In this document: positions 38,034 through 48,975 of the stretch, one piece after another
Layout of the letters: every line of letters begins with the position of its first letter
Numbering within the stretch: the stretch's first letter is position 1
Assembly (NCBI GenBank): GCA_031411415.1
Contig: JANOBA010000022.1
Span: forward strand, 1-63,479
Origin: Novosphingobium sp.
GTDB lineage: Bacteria; Pseudomonadota; Alphaproteobacteria; Sphingomonadales; Sphingomonadaceae
Direction: 5' to 3'
Length of the DNA stretch: 63,479 bases
Translations under genes and position numbers: made by a program
Notes under the pieces: model-generated
Told to the model about the DNA's origin: nothing
What the model saw: only the letters and a program-made list of their open reading frames with translations
Databases searched by the model: none

Positions 38034-39227
38034 ATGGCACTGGAAGGAATCCGCGTGCTCGATTTCGGGCGCTACGTGGCGGGCCCTTATTGCGCGATGA
38101 TGCTGGCTGACTTTGGCGCGGATGTTATCCGCATCGAGCGACCCGGTGGCGGCGAAGACCGGGCGATTGCCCCGGTCACCGATGCCGGCGAAGGGGCGGT
38201 CTTCCTGCAAGGCAACCGCAACAAGCGCTCGCTGGCGTTCGATCCGCGCGGCGAAGCTGGGCAAGCAGTGTTGCGGCGCTTGGTCGCCACCGCAGACGTG
38301 GTGGTGGTGAACGTGCCCGATAGTGCCCTTGCAAAAATGGGCCTCGATTACGCGAGCCTTGCCGCAATCAAGCCGGACATCATTCTGGTCAACACCTCGT
38401 CGTTTGGTCCCGAAGGGCCATGGGCGGACCGGCCGGGCTTTGACAGCGTGGCTCAGGCGATGTGCGGCTCCGCGTTTCTATCCGGGCCGGGTGACGTTCC
38501 CTATCGCACACCGATTACCTGGGTGGATAACGCAACGGCAGTTTATGCGGCCTTCGGCACGATGGTCGCGCTGTTCGAACGCAGCCGCACCGGGCGCGGA
38601 CAGCAGGTTTCGGGCAGCCTGCTAGCCTCGGCTCTGGCGTTCAGCGCCACCTATCTGATCGAACAGGCGGTGCGCGAACCGGACCGCACAGCGATCGGCA
38701 ATCGCAGCTTCGTCAACGGTCCGACCGACACCTTTCGCACGGGCGACGGCTGGATCGTGACGCAGATCGTCGGCCCGGCGATTTTTAGGCGCTGGGCCGG
38801 CCTGATGAGGGAGCCCGAATGGCTGGACGATCCGCGCTTCGCCACTGACCAATTGCGCGGCGACAACGGGGCAATCCTCTCGGAACGCATGGCCTTATGG
38901 TGTGCAGCGCGAACCAGCCAGCTGGCACTGGACGCATTGGCTGGGGCGAATATCCCGGCCGGCCCTGTGCTTTCGCCACGCCAGGCGCTGGCGCACCCGC
39001 AGGTGGCCGCCATGGGAATGCTCGTGCCGACCGCGCTTGCCGGCGCGGATCAGGCGGTGCCGTTGGTTGCCTCGGGGGTCTCGCTCAGCATGACACCGGG
39101 CACCATTCGCACCGCACCGCCGGGCGCGGGCCAACACAGCCGCGAAGTGCTGGCCCAGGCCGGGTTTGGCGACACCGAAATTGATGCGCTGATCGCCGCC
39201 GGACTGGTGTCTGAACCCGCCGTTTGA
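38034..39227 (+). CDS. CaiB/BaiF (family III) CoA-transferase
   Basis: LEGIRVLDFGRYVAGP, ADVIRIE, NRNKRS, WVDN containing the candidate catalytic Asp. Confidence 0.92.
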   Translation: MALEGIRVLDFGRYVAGPYCAMMLADFGADVIRIERPGGGEDRAIAPVTDAGEGAVFLQGNRNKRSLAFDPRGEAGQAVLRRLVATADVVVVNVPDSALAKMGLDYASLAAIKPDIILVNTSSFGPEGPWADRPGFDSVAQAMCGSAFLSGPGDVPYRTPITWVDNATAVYAAFGTMVALFERSRTGRGQQVSGSLLASALAFSATYLIEQAVREPDRTAIGNRSFVNGPTDTFRTGDGWIVTQIVGPAIFRRWAGLMREPEWLDDPRFATDQLRGDNGAILSERMALWCAARTSQLALDALAGANIPAGPVLSPRQALAHPQVAAMGMLVPTALAGADQAVPLVASGVSLSMTPGTIRTAPPGAGQHSREVLAQAGFGDTEIDALIAAGLVSEPAV

Positions 39228-39377
39228 GATCGGTAGAAGGCCAACATTTGCGACTTGCATGACGCCGCGAGATCAGGGGCGATGCTGCCAAATGAGATAC
39301 CGCTTTTGCAGCGCGCAAGAGCGTACTTGCCCGGAATGTCGGACCACTTCGTGCATGCTCCGAAGCTCTTGGCAACG

Positions 39378-39393
39378 AATCATGTAACTGATA
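39378..39393. promoter_or_regulatory. Best copy of a recurring intergenic palindrome (AATCATGTAACTGATA), candidate island operator
   Basis: ATCA-N2-TA-N2-TGAT. Related copies at 9916, 21466, 26305, 45035 and 47745. Confidence 0.55.
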
Positions 39394-39440
39394 TGGCACG
39401 GCAAGTCTGGTGGCTATGGCATTTTGTCTTGCGAGGATTG

Positions 39441-40592
39441 ATGGATACTGAAACCTTTTCGATGCTCCGCGAGACGGTACGCCGCTTCGTTGATGAACGG
39501 CTGATACCGAACGAGGACCGGGTCGAACATGAGGATGCTGTGCCAGCGGAGATCATCGCCGAAATGCGTGAGCTTGGCCTGTTCGGCCTCACTGTGCCGG
39601 TGGAATATGGTGGTCTTGGCCTGACGTCCTCCGAGGAAATTCAGGTTATCTATGAAATGGGCCGGACGTCATTTGCCTATCGCTCGGTGATCGGTACCAC
39701 GGTCGGCATCGGTAGTCAGGGCATCGTTCTGGACGGCACGCCGGAACAGAAAGCCGAATGGTTGCCGCAACTGGCAGCGGGGATGTTCGCCAGTTTCGCG
39801 CTGACCGAGCCGGATGCCGGTTCCGACGCGGCTTCGATCTCGACCCTGGCCATCCGGGAAGGCGACAACTACCGGGTGAACGGCACCAAGCGCTATATCA
39901 CCAATGCCCCGCGCGCCGGTATGTTCACGTTGATGGCGCGCACCCAGCCTGATGTGAAAGGCGCGGCCGGGGTTACGGCCTTCATCGTTGCCGCCGGAAC
40001 GCCGGGGATCAGCTTCGGCAAAATCGACCGGAAGATGGGCCAAAAGGGCACAATCACCTGCGATGTCATTTTCGACGATGTGATTGTCCCCGCCGCCAAC
40101 ATTATCGGCGGCGTGCCCGAAAGAGGCTTCAAGACTGCGATGAAAGTGCTTGATCGCGGCCGCATCCATCTGTCTGCACTGTCGAGTGGTATGTGCCAGC
40201 GGCTGGTTGAGGAAAGCGTCAACTATGCCGCTCAGCGCAAGCAGTTCGGCCAGGCAATCGGCACATTCCAGCTGGTGCAAGGGATGATCGCCGACAGCCG
40301 GACCGAAGCATACGCCGCGTGGCTGATGACGCAGGACGTTGCGCGGCGCTATGACGCTGGCGAGAAGGTGTCGGCTGATGTCGCCTCCACCAAGTATTTC
40401 GCCTCCGAGGCCTTGGGCCGGGTCGCCGACCGCGCGGTCCAGATCTACGGCGGTGCCGGCTATATGGCGGAATACAAAGTAGAGCGCTTCTATCGCGACG
40501 TCCGTCTGATGCGGATCTACGAAGGCACCAGCCAGATCCAACAGACGATCATCGCCAAGGCGCTGCTGCGCGAGGCCGGGCTTAAGGTATGA
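39441..40592 (+). CDS. Acyl-CoA dehydrogenase, conventional homomeric type
   Basis: FALTEPDAGSD, NGTKRYITN, RKQFG, QIYGGAGY, RIYEGTSQIQ. Confidence 0.92.
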   Translation: MDTETFSMLRETVRRFVDERLIPNEDRVEHEDAVPAEIIAEMRELGLFGLTVPVEYGGLGLTSSEEIQVIYEMGRTSFAYRSVIGTTVGIGSQGIVLDGTPEQKAEWLPQLAAGMFASFALTEPDAGSDAASISTLAIREGDNYRVNGTKRYITNAPRAGMFTLMARTQPDVKGAAGVTAFIVAAGTPGISFGKIDRKMGQKGTITCDVIFDDVIVPAANIIGGVPERGFKTAMKVLDRGRIHLSALSSGMCQRLVEESVNYAAQRKQFGQAIGTFQLVQGMIADSRTEAYAAWLMTQDVARRYDAGEKVSADVASTKYFASEALGRVADRAVQIYGGAGYMAEYKVERFYRDVRLMRIYEGTSQIQQTIIAKALLREAGLKV

Positions 40593-42076
40593 CGGAGCAG
40601 GCAGCGATGAACCTGAAAACGCTGGGCGTTGCGGGCGCCGGGCCAATGGGCGCGGGCATCGCCCAGATCGGCCTGACTGCGGGCTTTAGGGTTATCCTTT
40701 TCGATGTCAGCGGTGAAGCATCGAAAAAGGCGGCGGCGGACATCCATTTGCGCATCGCCCGGATGGAAGAAAAAGGTCAGATTCCAGAAGGTTTCGCTGA
40801 AGAAGCGAAAGGGCGTCTTGAATTGGCGGGCGCGCTTTCCGCGTTTGCGCCATGTGAAGTAGTCATCGAGGCGATCGTCGAGCGGCTGGACGTCAAGCAG
40901 AAGCTCTTCGCCGAGCTGGAGGCCGTGGTTGCGCCAGCCGCGATGTTGGCGACCAACACCTCGTCTTTGTCTGTCGCTGCCATCGCCGCGCAATGTGTAC
41001 GCAAGGATCGCGTCTGCGGGCTGCATTTCTTCAACCCGGTGCCGCTGATGAAGCTGGTCGAGATCATCGTCGCACCTGCGACCTCGCCAGAGATCGCCGC
41101 GTTTGCCGCGAACGTGTCGAAGCTGATCGGCAAGGTGCCGGTGACAGTGCAGGATGCTCCCGGCTTTCTCGTCAACCTTCAAGGCCGTGCCTTCGCGCTG
41201 GAGGGTCTGGCAATAGTCCAAGAAGGGGTCACAGATCCGGCGACCGTCGACCGGATCATGCGCGATGCGGCGGGATTTCGCATGGGGCCGTTCGAGCTGA
41301 TGGACCTCACCGGCATTGACGTGAACTATGCTGCGACGACCTATATCTATGAAGGCTATCAGCACGATCCGCGTCTCAAGACGACGACGCGGCACCAGCT
41401 GATGTCCAATGCCGGACTGTTCGGGCGCAAGACGGGGCGGGGCTTTTTCGACTATGCCGACGGCGCAAAAGCCGAAGCGGCGCCGGCTGCGCCCGAAGTG
41501 CCGATCATGGTGCATCCTCGCATTGTCGAACCCGGCAGCGAATGGGACCCGATCACCGCTATCGACGGTTTCGCAGCGGGCGGCGAAGTGTCGCTGATCG
41601 CCCCGATCGGTGAGGACTGCGCCAGTGCCTGCGTCCGGCTGAATCTCGATCCCGCGACCACGGTTGCCCTCGACCTCACTTTTGCGGCAAAGGGGCATCT
41701 GACTGTTATGGCGGCGATTGGCGGCAGTGCGGCGGCAGCAAAGGTTGCTGGCTGGCTGCGCGGCGCTGGCTTCACCGCCGAATTGATCCAGGATTCGCCG
41801 GGTTTCGTTCTCCAGCGGATGCTGGCCATGGTTGCCAATCTTGGCTGCGAGCTTGCCCAGATCGGAGTTGCCGAGCCCGCCGATATCGATCTGGCGATGA
41901 AGCTGGCGCAGAATTACCCGTTGGGCCCGCTGGAATGGGCCGACTGGCTGGGCGTTGCCAAAGTGCACGAGATCATGGTGCAGTTGCAGGCGATCACCGG
42001 ATCCGACCGCTATCGCCCCAGCCTGTGGCTGCGCCGTCGCGCGCAGCTCGGCCTGCCAGCGCATCGGCTGGCCTGA
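40589..42076 (+). CDS. 3-hydroxyacyl-CoA dehydrogenase (PaaH-like, duplicated C-domain)
   Basis: [40 protein letters not shown]. Confidence 0.92.
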   Translation: MTEQAAMNLKTLGVAGAGPMGAGIAQIGLTAGFRVILFDVSGEASKKAAADIHLRIARMEEKGQIPEGFAEEAKGRLELAGALSAFAPCEVVIEAIVERLDVKQKLFAELEAVVAPAAMLATNTSSLSVAAIAAQCVRKDRVCGLHFFNPVPLMKLVEIIVAPATSPEIAAFAANVSKLIGKVPVTVQDAPGFLVNLQGRAFALEGLAIVQEGVTDPATVDRIMRDAAGFRMGPFELMDLTGIDVNYAATTYIYEGYQHDPRLKTTTRHQLMSNAGLFGRKTGRGFFDYADGAKAEAAPAAPEVPIMVHPRIVEPGSEWDPITAIDGFAAGGEVSLIAPIGEDCASACVRLNLDPATTVALDLTFAAKGHLTVMAAIGGSAAAAKVAGWLRGAGFTAELIQDSPGFVLQRMLAMVANLGCELAQIGVAEPADIDLAMKLAQNYPLGPLEWADWLGVAKVHEIMVQLQAITGSDRYRPSLWLRRRAQLGLPAHRLA

Positions 42077-42122
42077 TGGTGGGACTGCGCAAAATTGCTG
42101 GCAATTCAAAAGGCTTCATGGC

Positions 42123-43790
42123 GTGAGCGACTGGATTCAGATGGCCTCGGAGGCCGCAGAGGCCGCGCGCGCCTATGCGCAGGCCGCGCAGTCGCGCGTC
42201 GGCGAAGCAATCGTGCTGGACGGCAAAGTGGACAGCGCCGCCGCCGACCGCGAGCAGCGCCTTGTCCACGGCTTTGCCTGGATCGCGACGACTGCTGAGG
42301 CACTGGTGGCTATTGCCGATTGGGCAGCGCGCGGAAGGCGGGCGGGCCGCTTCGGTGCAATCGAAGAGCTAACCTTGCGCATCGGCCTGGGCGAATATCT
42401 TGCCCAGCTGATCGGCGGCGTGGCGATGAGCCAGAACGAATATGCGCGGCCAGGCGAGCTTGGGCTATCAGATGCGGCTGCCGAACTTGGCGGGTATGCT
42501 GCGGTCAAACTGTTCCTCGAGCGCGGCAATACGGCTGCCAACCGGCTGGCACTCTGCGACCGTCTGCGCGCCGGGGAGTTGCCGGACGAGTCACTCGATG
42601 ATGAGACCATGGACATGGTCCGCGATCAGTTTCGCGCCTTCACGCGCGAAAAGATCACGCCCCATGCCCATGGCTGGCATCTCGCCGATGCGCTGATCCC
42701 CGGCGAAGTGATCCAGGAAATGGCCGACCTCGGCGTGTTCGGTGTCTGCATCGACGAAGAGTTTGGCGGCCTCGGTCTTGGCAAGCTCGCCATGTGTCTC
42801 GTTTCCGAAGAGCTGTCGCGCGGCTGGATCTGCGCGGGATCACTTGGCACCCGTTCGGAGATTGCTGGCGAGCTGATCGGCGGCAACGGCACACCTGAAC
42901 AGAAGGCGCACTGGCTGCCCCGGCTGGCCAGCGGCGAAGTGCTGCCCACCGCAGTTTTCACCGAGCCCGATGTCGGCTCCGACCTTGCCTCAGTCCGCAC
43001 CCGCGCGGTGAAGCAGGCGGATGGCAGCTGGTCGCTGACTGGCTCCAAGACATGGATTACGCACGCTGCACGCGCCGATTTGATGACCGTGCTGTGCCGC
43101 ACTGATGCCGAAATACCGGGCTATGGCGGGCTATCGATGCTGCTGGCGACCAAGACGCGGATGCAGGACCATGCCGACTTCCCCGATGAAGGGCTGGGCG
43201 GTAGCGAGATTGAAGTGTTGGGCTATCGCGGGATGCGCGAATATGTGCTGTCCTTCGATGGTTTCCAGGTGGCGACCGAGGGCCTGCTGGGCGGGGCGGA
43301 AGGGCAGGGCTTCAAGCAGCTCATGCGCACCTTCGAGGGCGCGCGCATTCAGACGGCGGCGCGGGCGATTGGCGTTGGCTGGAATGCCTTCGACCTGGCC
43401 CTGAAATATGCCACAGAGCGCAGGCAATTCGGCAAGCCGCTGGCTGACTTTCCGCGCGTGTCAGACAAGCTGGCGCTGATGGCCACCGAACTGGTGATGG
43501 CACGAGAGCTCACCTATTCGGCGGCGCGCCACAAGGACAAGGGTGAACGCTGCGACATCGAGGCGGGCATGGCAAAGCTGCTGGGTGCGCGGGTCGCCTG
43601 GGCCAACGCCGATCAATGTGTCCAGATCCATGGCGGCAACGGCTATGCGCTCGAATATGAGGCGAGCCGGATATTATGCGACGCGCGCATCCTCAGCATT
43701 TTCGAAGGTGCCGCCGAGATACAGGCGCACGTGATCGGCCGGGGACTGGCGGCAGAACGCCTGAATGCAGGAGCGACATCTCATGCGTGA
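42123..43790 (+). CDS. mcd: (2S)-methylsuccinyl-CoA dehydrogenase-like ACAD
   Basis: N-terminal extension with HGFAWIAT, then [59 protein letters not shown], matching my recollection of Mcd. Confidence 0.75.
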   Translation: MSDWIQMASEAAEAARAYAQAAQSRVGEAIVLDGKVDSAAADREQRLVHGFAWIATTAEALVAIADWAARGRRAGRFGAIEELTLRIGLGEYLAQLIGGVAMSQNEYARPGELGLSDAAAELGGYAAVKLFLERGNTAANRLALCDRLRAGELPDESLDDETMDMVRDQFRAFTREKITPHAHGWHLADALIPGEVIQEMADLGVFGVCIDEEFGGLGLGKLAMCLVSEELSRGWICAGSLGTRSEIAGELIGGNGTPEQKAHWLPRLASGEVLPTAVFTEPDVGSDLASVRTRAVKQADGSWSLTGSKTWITHAARADLMTVLCRTDAEIPGYGGLSMLLATKTRMQDHADFPDEGLGGSEIEVLGYRGMREYVLSFDGFQVATEGLLGGAEGQGFKQLMRTFEGARIQTAARAIGVGWNAFDLALKYATERRQFGKPLADFPRVSDKLALMATELVMARELTYSAARHKDKGERCDIEAGMAKLLGARVAWANADQCVQIHGGNGYALEYEASRILCDARILSIFEGAAEIQAHVIGRGLAAERLNAGATSHA

Positions 43791-45003
43791 AGTGGTGATC
43801 TGCGAGCCCGTCCGCACGCCTGTCGGACGGCAGGGCGGTATGTTCAGGGACAAGAGCGCAGTCGAGTTGGGTGTAGCTGCGCTCTCTGGCCTGATTGAGC
43901 GAACGAAGCTCCCGCATGAGGCAGTGGAAGACGTGATTTTTGCTCAATGCTATCCGACGATGGAAGCGCCCGCGCTAGGACGCGTGGTCGCGCTCGATGC
44001 CGGCCTGCCGATCGAGACGCCAGGCCTCCAGATCGACCGGCGCTGCGGCTCTGGGCTGCAAGCGGTGATTTATGCGGTGATGCAAGTCCAGACCGGCGGT
44101 GCGGATCTGGTTATCGCGGGCGGCGCGGAATCGATGAGCAATGCAGCCTTTTTCACCCATCAGGCACGCTATGGCGCCAGCGGTGCCGATAGCAGTGGGG
44201 GCATGATGCTGCATGACTCGCTGGCGCGTGGACGCGTTACTGCGGGGGGCAAAAACTGGCCAGTGCCCGGCGGCATGATCGAAACTGCCGAAAACCTGCG
44301 CGAGCAATATGGTATCCCGCGCGAGGAGCAGGACCGCTTCGCGCTGGATTCCCATATGAAGGCGGTTGCCGCGCAGCGGGCCGGACATTTCGCCGAAGAG
44401 ATCATCCCGGTCACAGTGAAGGACCGCAAGGGCGAGACGGTGTTCGATACCGACGAGCATCCGCGCCCGGGCCTCACTCTCGAGGCGCTGGCGAAGCTCA
44501 AGCCGATCAATGGCGGCAACGACCCGGACGCGACCGTGACGGCGGGCAACGCCAGCGGCCAGAACGACGGCGGCTCGGCCTGCATCGTCTGCACGCGCGA
44601 GGCGGCTGAGAAGTATGGCCTCAAGCCACTGGCCAGCCTGAAAAGCTGGGCTGTTGCGGGCTGCGCGCCGCGAACCATGGGCATTGGCCCGGTGCCGTCG
44701 ACCGCCAAGGCGCTGGCGCGCGCCGGGCTAGCCTTGAAGGACATCGACCTCATTGAGCTCAACGAAGCCTTTGCGGCACAGGTCCTCGCCTGCCTGCGCG
44801 AATGGAAGTTCGGCGCAGACGATCATGCCCGTCTGAACGTCAATGGATCGGGCATTTCGCTCGGGCATCCAGTCGGCGCGACTGGCGGCCGCATACTGGC
44901 CACGCTGCTGCGCGAAATGGAGCGGCGCGAGGTGCGTTATGGCATCGAGACCATGTGCATCGGTGGCGGCCAGGGACTGACGGCCGTATTTGAGCGAGCC
45001 TAG
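43783..45003 (+). CDS. Acetyl-CoA C-acyltransferase (canonical thiolase)
   Basis: [26 protein letters not shown]. Confidence 0.95.
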   Translation: MREVVICEPVRTPVGRQGGMFRDKSAVELGVAALSGLIERTKLPHEAVEDVIFAQCYPTMEAPALGRVVALDAGLPIETPGLQIDRRCGSGLQAVIYAVMQVQTGGADLVIAGGAESMSNAAFFTHQARYGASGADSSGGMMLHDSLARGRVTAGGKNWPVPGGMIETAENLREQYGIPREEQDRFALDSHMKAVAAQRAGHFAEEIIPVTVKDRKGETVFDTDEHPRPGLTLEALAKLKPINGGNDPDATVTAGNASGQNDGGSACIVCTREAAEKYGLKPLASLKSWAVAGCAPRTMGIGPVPSTAKALARAGLALKDIDLIELNEAFAAQVLACLREWKFGADDHARLNVNGSGISLGHPVGATGGRILATLLREMERREVRYGIETMCIGGGQGLTAVFERA

Positions 45004-45034
45004 CAGCGCCATCGTCTGATTCAAGGCTGCGGCA

Positions 45035-45050
45035 TCAATCAGGTAGATAT
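45035..45050. promoter_or_regulatory. Candidate island operator copy (TCAATCAGGTAGATAT)
   Basis: Upstream of the crotonase-VOC genes. Matches the 21466-21478 copy. Confidence 0.55.
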
Positions 45051-45123
45051 ATGGTGATGCCAACCGATGGATGTGCTATGGCCGAGCCCGGAAGCTGATG
45101 GGCGGCAGGGGTTTTCTTAGAAC

Positions 45124-45957
45124 ATGGACCGGGAAGCGGCAGTAGAGCCCTTGCTCAATACGGTGAGCGATGACGCCGCCAGCGCGACTTTTGCGCCCGA
45201 TGCCTACACGACAATCCGCACCGAGCGGATCGGGGCAGTCCAGTTGATCGTTTATAACCGGCCCGAACGACGCAACGCCTGGAGCGCTGCTTGTGCGCGC
45301 GAGACGATTTCCGCGATCAAGGCGGCAAACGCAGATGACGAAGTCGGCGCCATCGTCCTGACGGGCGAAGGCAGCAGCTATTGTGCGGGGGCTGACATGA
45401 AGGGCAAGCCTGAATTTGATCCGGTGACCGGGCGCGTGCTGATGCCGGCGACCTTTACCATGGGCAGCGGCGATGCCAACTGGATCAAGCTGCTGGCCGA
45501 ATCCAAGCCCGTCATCGCCGCGATAAATGGGCCGGCGGTCGGTATCGGCGCCACGCATCCGCTGGCCGCAGACATTCGCGTAATGGCGAAAAGCGCGCAT
45601 TTCTCGTTCCCGTTCCTGCGCCTGGGCGCGATGCCGGAATGCGGCAGCACTGCGCTCCTGCCAAGGCTGATCGGGGTGGGGCGGGCTACCGATATTCTGC
45701 TGCGCAGTGGTACTGTTTCGGCGGAAGAAGCGTTGCAGTGGGGCCTGGTTACGCAGATATTCCCCGACGAGGAGCTGCGTGCCGGTGCAATCGCCATTGC
45801 CGGGCAAATCGCAGCGGCAAAGCGCCTGCAGGTCAGGCTGACCAAGCAGATGCTCGCCGCCAATGCGCAATCGAATGATGCCGAGCAGATCATGCAGACC
45901 GAAAGCCGCACTTTCGTCAAATTGCTCAAATTGCTGAAGCAGGCAAAACCCCTTTAG
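45124..45957 (+). CDS. Crotonase family protein (isomerase-like)
   Basis: NRPERRNA, YCAGADM, KPVIAAING, LGAMPECG. Confidence 0.88.
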   Translation: MDREAAVEPLLNTVSDDAASATFAPDAYTTIRTERIGAVQLIVYNRPERRNAWSAACARETISAIKAANADDEVGAIVLTGEGSSYCAGADMKGKPEFDPVTGRVLMPATFTMGSGDANWIKLLAESKPVIAAINGPAVGIGATHPLAADIRVMAKSAHFSFPFLRLGAMPECGSTALLPRLIGVGRATDILLRSGTVSAEEALQWGLVTQIFPDEELRAGAIAIAGQIAAAKRLQVRLTKQMLAANAQSNDAEQIMQTESRTFVKLLKLLKQAKPL

Positions 45958-45984
45958 CAGGGGCTACTGGAGAAAGCTGCGAAC

Positions 45985-46803
45985 ATGACCAAGTCAGTTA
46001 GCTGCAGGCGCGTAAGCCACACTAATCTGGTGATCGAGAATCTTGCCGCGAGTGTCAGCTTTCTGGAGGACGTCTATGGCGGCTCCTACATGATGGATCT
46101 GCCTGGCCCCAACTGGCATGCCTGCCTTATCGAAGTCGGCGGGCTCATCGTCGAGCTGTTCGAGCCCAAGCATTTCATGTTGCACAGCCGCATTGGCCCG
46201 CATTACCTCGGGATCGAGTATGAAGTTGATATGGAAGAGGCGCGCGCAGCCGTTGCCGACCACGGCATCCGGATCATGCGCGATCTCGGCGAGGCAATCC
46301 ACACCGACCCGTTCGACGGCTTCGGGGTCGACTATGAATTTTTCGGCGGCACCTTTTATGGCCCCGATGCAAAACATGTGCAGGCCTGCTCCAAATCGCC
46401 CGAGCACTGGGCCGCGCACCCGATCGGTTTTGCCGGGCTGATCGGCTATACCCATGCCGTTGCCGACCTGGTGGGGGCATCGCAATTCCTCCAGAGCTTC
46501 CTTGGCGCGTCGCCGCTTTATGAAGCTGAGCGGACTGGCATCGGCGCCCGCGCGATCGGCTTGCAGATTGCGGATGGCATTTGCGAACTTGTGAGCCCGA
46601 GCGGCGATGGCCGGTTGCTGCGTGACATGTTGCAAACCGGACAGGGCATCCGCTCGACCGTCTATGCTGTCAGGGATGTAGCTGCGACGCGCGCCTATTT
46701 CGAGGGCCGGGGCCTGCGCGTGATCGATGGCACCGCACCGGGCAGCATCGCGGTCGATCCGCGCGACAATCTGGGGATCATGTTCGAGTTTCTTGAGCAG
46801 TGA
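45985..46803 (+). CDS. Two-domain VOC family protein
   Basis: SHTNLVI, ELFEP, THAVADL, ELVSP, GIMFEF repeated beta-alpha-beta units. Confidence 0.7.
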   Translation: MTKSVSCRRVSHTNLVIENLAASVSFLEDVYGGSYMMDLPGPNWHACLIEVGGLIVELFEPKHFMLHSRIGPHYLGIEYEVDMEEARAAVADHGIRIMRDLGEAIHTDPFDGFGVDYEFFGGTFYGPDAKHVQACSKSPEHWAAHPIGFAGLIGYTHAVADLVGASQFLQSFLGASPLYEAERTGIGARAIGLQIADGICELVSPSGDGRLLRDMLQTGQGIRSTVYAVRDVAATRAYFEGRGLRVIDGTAPGSIAVDPRDNLGIMFEFLEQ

Positions 46804-46891
46804 TAGCGGGCAGCATGGCTAGCTGCTGGCTATCTTATCGGCCATGAGATAACCGCTATCCTTGGGTTCGGGCCGAGTTCAGAGGAAGTCG

Positions 46892-47662
46892 ATGGCAAAG
46901 CAAAAGGCGACACCGAGAATTAAGGTTGCCGAGCGGGTTGCAGGGGAGCTGCGCCGCGAAATCGTTACGGGCAATCTCCGCCCGGGCGACCGTTTGCATC
47001 CCGAGCGGGAGTTGCAAGAGCAGTTCAGCATTTCGCGCCCAACCTTGCGCGAAGCCTTACGCATGCTGGAATCTGAATCGCTGATTGAGGTGATCCGCGG
47101 TCAGCGCGGCGGCGCGCGCGTCACCCGGCTCGATCCGGCAGTTCTGGCACGCCAGGTTGGCGTATGCCTGCAGATCGAGGGCGTGACCCTGCAAGATGTC
47201 TGGCAGTGCCGGATGATCATTGAGCCGGCCGCGGCGGCATTGCTGACTCGAAACCCTGATCGCCGAGCGATTGAGGAGATGGAAAAGAACGTGCTGGATG
47301 CCGATGCTGCGATAGAGGATCCGGTCGCATATGCCGAGCTCACTTCGCGCTTTTCGCACATTCTCACCGAATACTGCGGCAACAAGACTATCCATATTCT
47401 TTCGATGCTGATTCAGGACATTGTTGACCGTCAGCACATCGACGTCACGGTAAAGACCTATACGCGCCGGGGCGTCGATCGCATGCTCAACTGGAACGTG
47501 CGCAGCCGGGAGAAAATGGTTCAGCTGGTGAAGAACGGCGATGCCGCAGCGGCGGAATCCTTCTGGCGCAAACATCTGGAAGTCAGTGGGGAGGTCGTTT
47601 TCTCCAACTATCGCGCGCAAATGCCTATCGACGTGGTGCAGCTCCCCGAACCCGATGCCTGA
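46892..47662 (+). CDS. GntR/FadR family transcriptional regulator
   Basis: LRPGDRLHPERELQEQFSISRPTLREALRMLE HTH with an FCD-like C-terminus. Confidence 0.93.
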   Translation: MAKQKATPRIKVAERVAGELRREIVTGNLRPGDRLHPERELQEQFSISRPTLREALRMLESESLIEVIRGQRGGARVTRLDPAVLARQVGVCLQIEGVTLQDVWQCRMIIEPAAAALLTRNPDRRAIEEMEKNVLDADAAIEDPVAYAELTSRFSHILTEYCGNKTIHILSMLIQDIVDRQHIDVTVKTYTRRGVDRMLNWNVRSREKMVQLVKNGDAAAAESFWRKHLEVSGEVVFSNYRAQMPIDVVQLPEPDA

Positions 47663-47744
47663 GGATATTCTGGCGGGGTCGCTTGCCGGTGACCTGTTTG
47701 GGACTTGCGTCGCGCGGCGTCGCGGTGCAAGCCGTTTTGGTATT

Positions 47745-47760
47745 ATGATCTAACTGATTG
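47745..47760. promoter_or_regulatory. Candidate island operator copy (ATGATCTAACTGATTG)
   Basis: Directly upstream of the RBS of the ACAD pair operon. Confidence 0.5.
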
Positions 47761-47769
47761 GAAGGGGCC

Positions 47770-48975
47770 ATGGACTTAGGCAGCAGCGGCACTTTCGATG
47801 CCTTCCGCGCCGAAGTTCGCCAGTGGCTCGCAGCGAATGTTCCCGCAGGGCCGGTGCCGCCAATCTCACACGATGGGCAGGTGCATCGGGCGTTCATCCG
47901 CAACTGGCAGCAGACCCTCCATGTCGGCGGCTGGGCGGGGATCAACTGGCCTGGCAAGTATGGCGGGCGCGACCTTTCGGCGATGGAACAGATCGTCTGG
48001 TACGAGGAATATGCCCGCGCCGACGGCCCGGACAGCCCCGGGCTATCGGTGGCCCAGTCCCACGCCGGCCCCACCCTTATCCAGTGCGGCACTGCCGAAC
48101 AGCAGGCCTTTCATCTGCCGCGCATCCTGAGCGGCACCGATATCTGGTGCCAGGGCTTTTCCGAGCCGGGTGCCGGGTCGGACCTTGCTGCGATCCGTTG
48201 CCGTGGCGATGTGGTCGGCGATGAAGTGGTGGTCAACGGCTCCAAGATCTGGACCAGCTTCGCGCAAGGGGCCGACTATCAGGAACTGGTGCTGCGCACC
48301 GAGCCGGGCTCATCACGCCACAAAGGACTTTCCTGGGTGATCTGCGATATGCGCAGTCCGGGGATCACGGTCCGGCCGATCCAGTCGATGGACGGCGAAT
48401 ACCACAATTGCGAAGTGTTCTACGATAACGTCCGCATCCCGCTGGCCAATGTCGTCGGGGCACTGGGCGATGGCTGGCGGGTATCTATGGCAACGCTGGC
48501 GTTTGAACGCGGCCGCTCGTTCATCGGCTCGCAGCTCCGCATCTTGCGCACGGTCGAGCGGCTGATCGCCTTCGCGCAAGAGACGCGCGGACCGGACGGG
48601 CAGCCGCTGATGGCCGATCTGCGTATTGCGGACCAGCTTGGCATCCTGCGGGCGCGCTGCGCCGGTCTCAAATCGATGAGCTACTTCGCAGCCGCGCGCA
48701 GTATGAATGACGCAGTGCCGGGCGCCGAAGGAACTTATGTGGCCCTGATGCTCGCGGAAACGAAACAGGCGCTGTTTCAGCTGTGGATGGAAATGCTTGA
48801 CCTGCGCGGGCTGGAAATCGACGATGCGCCCCATGCGAACAATGCCGTGCTGCAATACCTGTTCTCCTATGCGATCACCATCGGCGGCGGCACGTCGGAA
48901 GTGCGGCGCAATATCATCGCCGAGCGCATCCTGAACCTGCCCCGGCACGACGCGGTGGCGGAGCTGGCGGCGTGA
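47770..48975 (+). CDS. Acyl-CoA dehydrogenase, catalytic partner
   Basis: WCQGFSEPGAGSD, NGSKIWTS, TLAFER, IGGGTSEVRRNII. Confidence 0.92.
   Translation: MDLGSSGTFDAFRAEVRQWLAANVPAGPVPPISHDGQVHRAFIRNWQQTLHVGGWAGINWPGKYGGRDLSAMEQIVWYEEYARADGPDSPGLSVAQSHAGPTLIQCGTAEQQAFHLPRILSGTDIWCQGFSEPGAGSDLAAIRCRGDVVGDEVVVNGSKIWTSFAQGADYQELVLRTEPGSSRHKGLSWVICDMRSPGITVRPIQSMDGEYHNCEVFYDNVRIPLANVVGALGDGWRVSMATLAFERGRSFIGSQLRILRTVERLIAFAQETRGPDGQPLMADLRIADQLGILRARCAGLKSMSYFAAARSMNDAVPGAEGTYVALMLAETKQALFQLWMEMLDLRGLEIDDAPHANNAVLQYLFSYAITIGGGTSEVRRNIIAERILNLPRHDAVAELAA

Noticed and set aside
39394-39415. TGGCAC as a possible sigma54 -24 box (also near 31570 and 21537)
   Set aside because: No TTGC at the required -12 spacing, and no sigma54 activator in the window.
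40517-42109. Long antisense ORFs (530 aa here; also 24117-25601, 14175-15386, 27663-28859, 3490-4491, 58576-59562)
   Set aside because: They lie opposite well-supported genes, have no recognisable motifs, and are expected from high-GC codon bias.
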